Below, in pieces: positions 16,985 through 23,753 of a DNA stretch of 45,209 bases. The notes below the pieces were generated by a model, which was not told the DNA's origin, did not search any database, and saw only the letters and a list, made by a program, of their open reading frames with translations. Each line of letters starts with the position of its first letter. Within the stretch, counting starts at the first letter, position 1. Source of the stretch: Ignavibacteria bacterium. Lineage in GTDB: Bacteria > Bacteroidota > Ignavibacteria > UBA10030 > SZUA-254. Made by a program: the position numbers and the translations under genes. The DNA lies in assembly GCA_003235555.1 (NCBI GenBank), contig QJVY01000065.1, positions 1-45,209 on the forward strand. The letters are read 5' to 3'.

Positions 16985-18481
16985 ATGAAAAGAATCTTTC
17001 CACCGTCATTCTACAACATCATCACGCTCATCGGGACGGCGGTTGCGGGTGTCACCTTCGGGCTGATCCTCTTCCTGATCCTGATCGAATCGATGGCCGC
17101 CCAGGAGAAGCCCTACATGGGCATCGTGACGTTCGTGATTCTCCCGGTGTTTTTGTTGCTGGGCATCGCTGTCATGATCTTCGGGATCATGCGCGAACAC
17201 CACCGCGAGAAATTGGGGAAACCCCACTCCCTCCGTCTTCCGCAGATCGACCTCAACAACCCCAAGCACCGGACCGCGTTCGTGTCCTTCGCGGTCGGCG
17301 GCGTTTTGTTGCTGCTCTTCTCGGCCTTTGGCAGCTTCAAGGCCTACGAGTACACCGACTCCGACCAGTTCTGCGGGGAGACCTGCCACTCGGTCATGGA
17401 GCCGGAATACACCGCTTACCAGTTCTCCCCCCACGCGAAAGTGGGCTGCGTCCAGTGCCACATCGGATCCGGGGCCGACTGGTTCGTCCGGGCGAAAATA
17501 TCCGGCAGTTACCAGCTCTACGCCGTTGCGTTCAACAAGTATCCCAAACCGATCCCGACCCCGATCGAGAACCTCCGTCCGGCCCAGGAGACCTGTGAAC
17601 AGTGCCACTGGCCGAAGCATTTCTTCAGCGAGAAGCAGAGGGTCAACACCTACTTCCTCGCCGACGACGACAACACGAAGTGGAGCATCAACCTGCTGAT
17701 GAAGATCGGCGGGGGCAACATCGAGGCGGGACCCACCTCCGGCATCCACTGGCACATGAACATCGCCCACGAGGTGACGTACAAGGCGCTGGACAGGGAG
17801 CGCCAGGTGATCCCGTGGGTGCGCTCACGGACCCCCGAGGGCGAGGAAACGATCTACAGGAGCACCGAGGTCGAAGTCACGGAAGACTCGCTCGCGAACG
17901 CGTTCACGCGCCGCATGGACTGCATCGACTGCCACAACCGGCCGACGCACATCTACCACCCACCCGCCCCGTCGATAAACCACCTCATGGCCCTCGGGTG
18001 GATCAGTCCCGCCCTTCCCGGCATCAAGGCCGTCAGCCTGGAGGCGCTCGAGGGCGAGTACTCCACGAAGCCGGGCGCGCTCGACACCATCGGCGCGACC
18101 ATCGAGGGATACTACCGGGACAACCACCCGGAAATCCTTTCGACCATGCGCACAGCCGTCGACAGCGCCATCGCCGAGGTCCGGAAGATCTACAGCCGGA
18201 ATTACTTCCCCGAGATGCGGACAGACTGGAAAAAATTTCCCGACAACCTGGGTCACCTGTACTCGCCGGGATGTTTCCGCTGCCACGACGGGAAGCACGT
18301 GACGGACCAGGGGAAGGTACTGTCGAAGGATTGCAACACCTGCCACACCATCCTGGCGCAGAAGTTCGAAAACGATTCACTCAGGATATCGCTCGGAGGT
18401 ATCCAGTACCGGCACCCCGTGGACATCGGAGGGGCGTGGATGGAAATGAACTGCAGCGAATGTCATTCAGCAACCCAGTAG
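16985..18481 (+). CDS. Inner-membrane 7-haem NapC/NirT-like cytochrome c (ImcH-like architecture)
   Basis: There are three N-terminal TM helices. The first haem site, 'FCGETCHSVMEPEY', is NapC/NirT-like but is C-x3-CH. Six canonical CxxCH motifs follow (CVQCH, CEQCH, CIDCH, CFRCH, CNTCH, CSECH). I prefer the ATG at 16985 (MKRIFPP) over the TTG at 16973. Confidence 0.85.
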   Translation: MKRIFPPSFYNIITLIGTAVAGVTFGLILFLILIESMAAQEKPYMGIVTFVILPVFLLLGIAVMIFGIMREHHREKLGKPHSLRLPQIDLNNPKHRTAFVSFAVGGVLLLLFSAFGSFKAYEYTDSDQFCGETCHSVMEPEYTAYQFSPHAKVGCVQCHIGSGADWFVRAKISGSYQLYAVAFNKYPKPIPTPIENLRPAQETCEQCHWPKHFFSEKQRVNTYFLADDDNTKWSINLLMKIGGGNIEAGPTSGIHWHMNIAHEVTYKALDRERQVIPWVRSRTPEGEETIYRSTEVEVTEDSLANAFTRRMDCIDCHNRPTHIYHPPAPSINHLMALGWISPALPGIKAVSLEALEGEYSTKPGALDTIGATIEGYYRDNHPEILSTMRTAVDSAIAEVRKIYSRNYFPEMRTDWKKFPDNLGHLYSPGCFRCHDGKHVTDQGKVLSKDCNTCHTILAQKFENDSLRISLGGIQYRHPVDIGGAWMEMNCSECHSATQ

Positions 18482-18493
18482 CCCAAAACAGAC

Positions 18494-18949
18494 ATGGAAA
18501 ACAGAACGGAACAACCCGCACAGCCCCGCAAGAGGGAACTGCTCATGTGGATTCTCTCGGGGGGCCTGTTCGGCATGGCCGCATCGATACTCTACCCGCT
18601 CTTCGCGTACCTGAAACCGCCCAGGCTCGGCGAGGTGGAAACGTCATCGGTCAAGGCGGGCAAGGTCGACGATTTCCAGGTCGACAGCGGGCAAATCATC
18701 AAATTCGGGACGAAACCCGTGCTGCTGGTCCGGACTCCCAACGATGAATTCCGGGCGTTCTCGGCCGTCTGCACGCACCTCGACTGTACCGTACAGTACC
18801 GCAGGGAGAAAGGGGTGATCTGGTGTGCGTGCCACAACGGAACGTACGACCTGACCGGGAGGAACATCGGCGGACCTCCTCCGAGGCCGCTCGATGAATT
18901 TCGCGTCGTGATCCAGGGAGAGGAGGTTCTCATTTCGAAAAAAGCATGA
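18494..18949 (+). CDS. Rieske [2Fe-2S] subunit of a cytochrome bc/b6f-type complex
   Basis: An N-terminal TM anchor is followed by Rieske box I 'CTHLDCTV' and box II 'CACHNGTYD'. The stop overlaps the start of the cytochrome b gene (ATGA). Confidence 0.9.
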   Translation: MENRTEQPAQPRKRELLMWILSGGLFGMAASILYPLFAYLKPPRLGEVETSSVKAGKVDDFQVDSGQIIKFGTKPVLLVRTPNDEFRAFSAVCTHLDCTVQYRREKGVIWCACHNGTYDLTGRNIGGPPPRPLDEFRVVIQGEEVLISKKA

Positions 18950-20025
18950 AAAAAAGACTGAACATCCTGTACGAGTGGGTCAACGACCGGGTTCATCTCG
19001 AGGACCTCGTCGAATTCCTGGGAAAAAAGTACGTGCCGGTCCACAGCCATTCCGTCTGGTATTACTTCGGCGGGGTTTCCCTCTTCCTGTTCATCATCCA
19101 GGTGGTCACCGGCATCCTCCTCCTGCTGTACTATAAGGGGAGCGAAGAACTGGCCTTCGAGAGCATCAAGTTCATCATGTCCAAGGTGGCGTTCGGCTGG
19201 CTCATCAGGTCGGTCCACAGCTGGGCGGCGAACCTGTTCGTCCTCGCGGCGATGATCCACATGTTCAGCGTCTACTTCACGAAGGCGTACCGGAAACCCC
19301 GCGAAATCACCTGGCTCACCGGCATGCTCATGTTCTTCCTGGTGCTCGGGTTCGGTTTCAGCGGGTACCTCCTTCCCTGGAACGAACTCGCCTTCTTCGC
19401 GACGAAGGTGGGCACGGACATCGCCGGCGTCATCCCGGTCATCGGGAAACCCATCATGGTCTTCCTCCGAGGCGGAGAGGACGTCACGGGAGCGACGCTG
19501 TCCCGGTTCTTCGGTTTCCACGTCGCCGTGTTCCCCGGGATATTCACGGTCCTGCTGGGCATCCACCTCATCCTCGTGCAGCGCCAGGGGATGAGTGAAC
19601 CCCTCCACATCGAACGCGGGGGGGGCAGCGGCGGCAAAACGATGCCCTTCTTCCCGAATTTTCTCCTGCGGGACCTTCTCCTGTGGCTCATCGTGCTCAA
19701 CCTCCTCGCCATCCTCGCGGTGTTCTTCCCCTGGGAACTGGGACAAAAAGCCGACGCGTTCGCCCCGGCCCCCGCCGGAATCAAACCGGAATGGTATTTC
19801 ATGTTCATGTTTCAGACCCTGAAATACATCCCGGCGAAATTATGGATCATCGACGGGGAAGTTTTTGGAATCATGCTTTTCAGCATCGCGGGACTCTTGT
19901 GGACCCTCGTTCCGTTCTGGGACGCCAAGAGTGCACGCGGAGAAAAAAGCCGCCGGATCATTTACATCGGCATCTTCGTCGTCATGTACATCATTGCCCT
20001 GACAATTCTCGGATGGCTCTCATGA
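18946..20025 (+). CDS. Cytochrome b (fused b6 plus subunit IV type)
   Basis: 'VWYYFGG', the helix-B pair '[15 protein letters not shown]' (13 residues between the His), the helix-D pair '[16 protein letters not shown]' (14 between, which is b6-type), '[13 protein letters not shown]', and the Qo-site 'KPEWYF' motif. Confidence 0.95.
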   Translation: MKKRLNILYEWVNDRVHLEDLVEFLGKKYVPVHSHSVWYYFGGVSLFLFIIQVVTGILLLLYYKGSEELAFESIKFIMSKVAFGWLIRSVHSWAANLFVLAAMIHMFSVYFTKAYRKPREITWLTGMLMFFLVLGFGFSGYLLPWNELAFFATKVGTDIAGVIPVIGKPIMVFLRGGEDVTGATLSRFFGFHVAVFPGIFTVLLGIHLILVQRQGMSEPLHIERGGGSGGKTMPFFPNFLLRDLLLWLIVLNLLAILAVFFPWELGQKADAFAPAPAGIKPEWYFMFMFQTLKYIPAKLWIIDGEVFGIMLFSIAGLLWTLVPFWDAKSARGEKSRRIIYIGIFVVMYIIALTILGWLS

Positions 20026-21515
20026 ATGGTCGATATCGCGGTTTTCTCACAACGTTCGTCCTCATCTTCCTGTTGCACTGTTCCCCGGCGTTACGTGCTC
20101 AGGACGGGTGCCTGACGTGCCATCAAACCATGGAGGATCCGCGGGCGGCTCTCTTCCTGAAGGACGTCCACAAGGCGAAGGGGTTTTCCTGCGCGGACTG
20201 CCACGGCGGAAACCGGAATGCGGAGGATATGGAGACGGCCATGGATCCCGACGCCGGTTTCAGGGGGGTCCCGTCCGGGGACGAGATCACGGAGATGTGT
20301 TCGACCTGCCACTCGGACGGATCGGCCATGGTCAAGACCTATAATTCCATCCTCCCGTGGGGACAGAAGGCCCTCCTGGAGGCCAGCGTGCACAATAAGC
20401 TCGCCTCGAACGGGAAGGAACGGATCGTCAACTGCGCGACGTGTCACAACGCGCACGGGATCCTCCCGGTGGAAAATCCGGCTTCCCCGGTATATCCGCT
20501 CAACGTGACGAAAACCTGCGGGAAGTGCCACTCCGATGCCTCGTACATGCGGATCTACAATCCCACCATCGCTGTGGACCAGGTCGACAAGTACCGGACG
20601 AGCGTTCACGGGAAGAAAAACGCATCCGGGGACCGCAAGGTGGCCGAATGTGCGAGCTGCCACGGCAGTCATGAGATCCGTTCGGCGAAAGACGTCAAGT
20701 CCAGGGTGTACCCCACGAACGTGCCCGAAACGTGTTCGTCCTGTCACTCGAATCCGGAATACATGGCGGGGTACGGCATCGAGTCGGACCAGTTCGAAAA
20801 ATATTCGAAGAGCGTCCACGGGAAAGCCCTCCTCGAGAAGAACGACATCGGCGCTCCGGCGTGCAACGACTGTCACGGGAACCACGCCGCCACCCCGCCG
20901 GGGGTCGCGTCCGTGTCCAACGTCTGCGGGACGTGTCACGCCCTGAACGCGGATCTCTTCGCCCAGAGCCCCCACAAGGAGGCGTTCGACGAAGCCGACC
21001 TCCCGGAATGCGAAACGTGCCACGGGAATCACGAGATCGTCTCCGCCTCGGAAAAACTTCTCGGCGTCTCCGATGAAGCGGTGTGCAGCTGGTGTCACGG
21101 CGGGGATCCGGAGTCGAAAGGCTATAAGACCGCGGCCTCGATGAGGTTGCTCGCCGACAGCATGGACAGGGCCGAACGCCGGGCAATCGGACTCGTCGAG
21201 GACGCGGAACAGAAAGGCATGGAGATCTCCGACGCGAAGTTCAAACTCCGGGATGCACGGCAGGCCATTCTCCAGTCACGCACCATGGTGCATTCCTTCG
21301 ACGAAGAGAGGTTTCGGGAGGTGATTACCGCCGGTATCGCCGTTACGGCCGTCGCGGGCAGCGAGGCAAACGAGGCGATCGATGAATATTATTTCCGGCG
21401 ATGGGGACTCGTCTTCGCGACGTCGATGCTGATCCTCCTCTCGATTTCACTCTACGTCTACATCCGGAAACTGGAAAAAAGGAAAGAGACCGGAACCCGG
21501 AATTCCGCCGGCTGA
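20022..21515 (+). CDS. 11-haem c-type cytochrome with a C-terminal TM anchor, translationally coupled to the Rieske/cytochrome b genes
   Basis: The ATG at 20022 overlaps the cytochrome b stop (ATGA). Signal peptide [27 protein letters not shown]. There are 11 CxxCH motifs (CLTCH, CADCH, CSTCH, CATCH, CGKCH, CASCH, CSSCH, CNDCH, CGTCH, CETCH, CSWCH). A predicted helical segment and the TM helix '[21 protein letters not shown]' follow. Confidence 0.9.
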   Translation: MNGRYRGFLTTFVLIFLLHCSPALRAQDGCLTCHQTMEDPRAALFLKDVHKAKGFSCADCHGGNRNAEDMETAMDPDAGFRGVPSGDEITEMCSTCHSDGSAMVKTYNSILPWGQKALLEASVHNKLASNGKERIVNCATCHNAHGILPVENPASPVYPLNVTKTCGKCHSDASYMRIYNPTIAVDQVDKYRTSVHGKKNASGDRKVAECASCHGSHEIRSAKDVKSRVYPTNVPETCSSCHSNPEYMAGYGIESDQFEKYSKSVHGKALLEKNDIGAPACNDCHGNHAATPPGVASVSNVCGTCHALNADLFAQSPHKEAFDEADLPECETCHGNHEIVSASEKLLGVSDEAVCSWCHGGDPESKGYKTAASMRLLADSMDRAERRAIGLVEDAEQKGMEISDAKFKLRDARQAILQSRTMVHSFDEERFREVITAGIAVTAVAGSEANEAIDEYYFRRWGLVFATSMLILLSISLYVYIRKLEKRKETGTRNSAG

Positions 21516-21571
21516 CGGGGAGACGGGTCGGATGGTCGATGACCGGGATTCTTAATTTTGAGAAACCCGGA

Positions 21572-21589
21572 TATGACGTATCTCATATC
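21572..21589 (+). promoter_or_regulatory. Candidate CRP/FNR-type operator: inverted repeat ATATGA-cgtatc-TCATAT (core TGA-N6-TCA)
   Basis: Read directly from the AT-richer gap between the two cytochrome operons. It shares the ATGAC-N4-nTCAT layout with the site at 10670-10683. Confidence 0.3.
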
Positions 21590-21765
21590 TGAAAATATCA
21601 TGCATCACCCGGACCCTGCCCGGTTGTAAAATCCCCGCTGATACCACTGGAGGCCCATTCCCGGATTCCCTCAATTCCCTCCCGAACTGGCACCAAATTT
21701 GATAGACCTGTACCGGTCTCTTTCCAGATAGTCCCGCCATCAATCATGATGATGAGGAGAGTCAG

Positions 21766-21996
21766 ATGAAGAAGTTCATTTTCATCGCGCAGGTGGTCAG
21801 CGTCTCCCTGATATGGCTCTTCGTCGTCGTCATAACACTCTGGATACTCAACCTTATCTCCCTTTCCATCGATCTCAACGACATGCCCGGTGCCTCCGTA
21901 GGCATCAGCATCGTCGCTATTCCCATCTTCATCACCCTGGCCTCGATCCTCACCTACGTCTTTATCGGATTGCAAAGGGGTAAAAACAAAGGTTAA
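21766..21996 (+). CDS. Small hypothetical two-TM membrane protein
   Basis: 76-aa ORF preceded by GAGGAGAG. The product is strongly hydrophobic (IAQVVSVSLIWLFVVVITLWILNL; ISIVAIPIFITLASILTYVFI). Its composition is AT-richer than its neighbours. I do not recognise the family, so it could be spurious. Confidence 0.45.
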   Translation: MKKFIFIAQVVSVSLIWLFVVVITLWILNLISLSIDLNDMPGASVGISIVAIPIFITLASILTYVFIGLQRGKNKG

Positions 21997-22018
21997 CCAA
22001 CCTCCGAGGAGGAACACG

Positions 22019-23182
22019 ATGGTACGTACACTATTCTGGATGCTCTGCATCATTGTTCCCGGAACACTCTCTGCCCAGGAAATCCGGCTGCCGCAGAACC
22101 CGCTGGAAGGGAGAATCGTCTTCGAGGAGAAGGGTTGCATCGAATGTCACCAGCTCGGGGGATACGGCGGGACCGCGGGACCATCCCTGAGCAAGGACCT
22201 CTACTTCGGGACCGTCCTGGAGTTGGCGACGATCATCTGGAACCATACGCCCCAGATGAACCGCAAATTCCGCCAGATGCGGGTCTCCCGTCCGGAATTC
22301 ACCGAGAAGGAGATGACCGACCTGTTCGGGTTCCTCTACTACCTCAGGTACCTGGGAGAACCCGGCGGGGTGGCGAGGGGAAAGAAGTTGCTCGAATCCA
22401 AGGGCTGCAGGCAGTGCCATTCCCTGGGAGGATCGGGTGGTGGGGTCGGAGTCCCGCTCGATTCGATCACGGTGACCGCGTCCCCCCTCTACATCGTGCA
22501 GTCGATGTGGAACCACGTCCCGGCGATGAAGGAGCAGATCTCGAAGACAAACCTGGTGTACCCCGAACTCTCCGGTCAGGACATCGCCGACATCACGGCC
22601 TACATCCGCCAGGCGACGATGAACACGACGGTCGTGGGGGGCGCGGCACCCGGCGATCCCCACCTGGGAAGGGAAATCTTCGCCTCGAAAGGCTGCAACG
22701 ACTGCCACATGACCGGGGAAGGAAAGAGGAAAATCATCGCCCCCAACCTCTCGCGGATCGAGTTGCGGGAAAGCGTCACCGAAACCGCGAGCCTGATGTG
22801 GAACCACGGCCCGATGATGCTGCAACACATGGAGGACAGGTCGATCGACTGGCCCCGATTCGAGGGGAACGAGATGGCGGACCTGATCGCCTACCTCTAC
22901 TTCCTGGATTTCGAGGACAAACCCGGGGACCCGAAAAAGGGAGAGGGTGTGTTCGCGGCGCGCGGGTGTGGCAGCTGCCACGGGAAAAACGGATCCGGGA
23001 AGGGACCCGACCTGGCGACGATCACGCACTTCGATTCCCCCATCAGGATGATCCAGCTGATGTGGAACCACGCCCAGAGCATGGAGGACATGCTCATCAC
23101 GCAGAACAAGCACTGGCCGGAACTGACCGGTGACGAGATGCGCAACCTCTACGCCTACATCAGGGAAGCAACGAAGAAATAA
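22019..23182 (+). CDS. Tetra-domain class I c-type cytochrome (four tandem monohaem repeats)
   Basis: A strong RBS (GAGGAGG) lies 6 nt upstream, and a signal peptide is present. Four repeats of about 90 aa each carry 'KGC..CH' (CIECH, CRQCH, CNDCH, CGSCH). Each is followed about 30 aa later by 'WNH.P/Q.M', which probably supplies the Met axial ligand. Confidence 0.9.
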   Translation: MVRTLFWMLCIIVPGTLSAQEIRLPQNPLEGRIVFEEKGCIECHQLGGYGGTAGPSLSKDLYFGTVLELATIIWNHTPQMNRKFRQMRVSRPEFTEKEMTDLFGFLYYLRYLGEPGGVARGKKLLESKGCRQCHSLGGSGGGVGVPLDSITVTASPLYIVQSMWNHVPAMKEQISKTNLVYPELSGQDIADITAYIRQATMNTTVVGGAAPGDPHLGREIFASKGCNDCHMTGEGKRKIIAPNLSRIELRESVTETASLMWNHGPMMLQHMEDRSIDWPRFEGNEMADLIAYLYFLDFEDKPGDPKKGEGVFAARGCGSCHGKNGSGKGPDLATITHFDSPIRMIQLMWNHAQSMEDMLITQNKHWPELTGDEMRNLYAYIREATKK

Positions 23183-23211
23183 CCTTCCGACACAACCATA
23201 CCCGGCCGTCG

Positions 23212-23739
23212 ATGAAAGAGTTGAAAACAGGGTCGATCGCGAGCGTTGTCGTCCGATTTGCGTATGCGGGGTGCCTGATCCTTTCCGGGGCATGCGCGAT
23301 CTCTTCGGGGGACGAGCCGGACCAACCCATTGCCTACAATCACAAACTGCATATCGAGACCGTCGGACTCGAGTGCGCGGAGTGCCACCGCTACGTGGAA
23401 ACGTCCGCCGCCGCCACGTTACCACCCCTCGAAGTGTGCCGCTCCTGCCACGAGTCCGAACCGCTCACCGAGTCTCCGGAGGAAACCGTCCTCCTGAAAT
23501 ATGTTGCCGACGGGACCGAGATCCCGTGGAAGAGGATCTATCACGTCCCGGACCACGTCTATTTTTCACATCGCCGGCATGTCGTCCTGGGGGAACTCGA
23601 CTGCGGTCTGTGCCACGGGGTCATGCAGGAGCAGACGGCGCCGGTCCGGTCGGCGTTTCTCGAGGTGAAGATGGAGAACTGCATGGACTGCCACCGGGAA
23701 CACAAGGTCACCAATGATTGTCTCTCCTGTCATCGTTGA
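23212..23739 (+). CDS. Pentahaem c-type cytochrome (ActA/QrcA-like position)
   Basis: An N-terminal hydrophobic anchor is followed by 5 CxxCH motifs (CAECH, CRSCH, CGLCH, CMDCH, CLSCH). The gene sits directly upstream of the molybdopterin-family / FeS / NrfD trio. Confidence 0.85.
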   Translation: MKELKTGSIASVVVRFAYAGCLILSGACAISSGDEPDQPIAYNHKLHIETVGLECAECHRYVETSAAATLPPLEVCRSCHESEPLTESPEETVLLKYVADGTEIPWKRIYHVPDHVYFSHRRHVVLGELDCGLCHGVMQEQTAPVRSAFLEVKMENCMDCHREHKVTNDCLSCHR

Positions 23740-23753
23740 ACGAGGGGTGAAGA

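Noticed and set aside
19683-20021. N-terminal extension of the 11-haem cytochrome ORF (track ORF 19683-21515)
   Set aside because: The extension overlaps the 3' end of cytochrome b out of frame. The ATG at 20022 forms an ATGA overlap with the cytochrome b stop and is followed by a canonical signal peptide.
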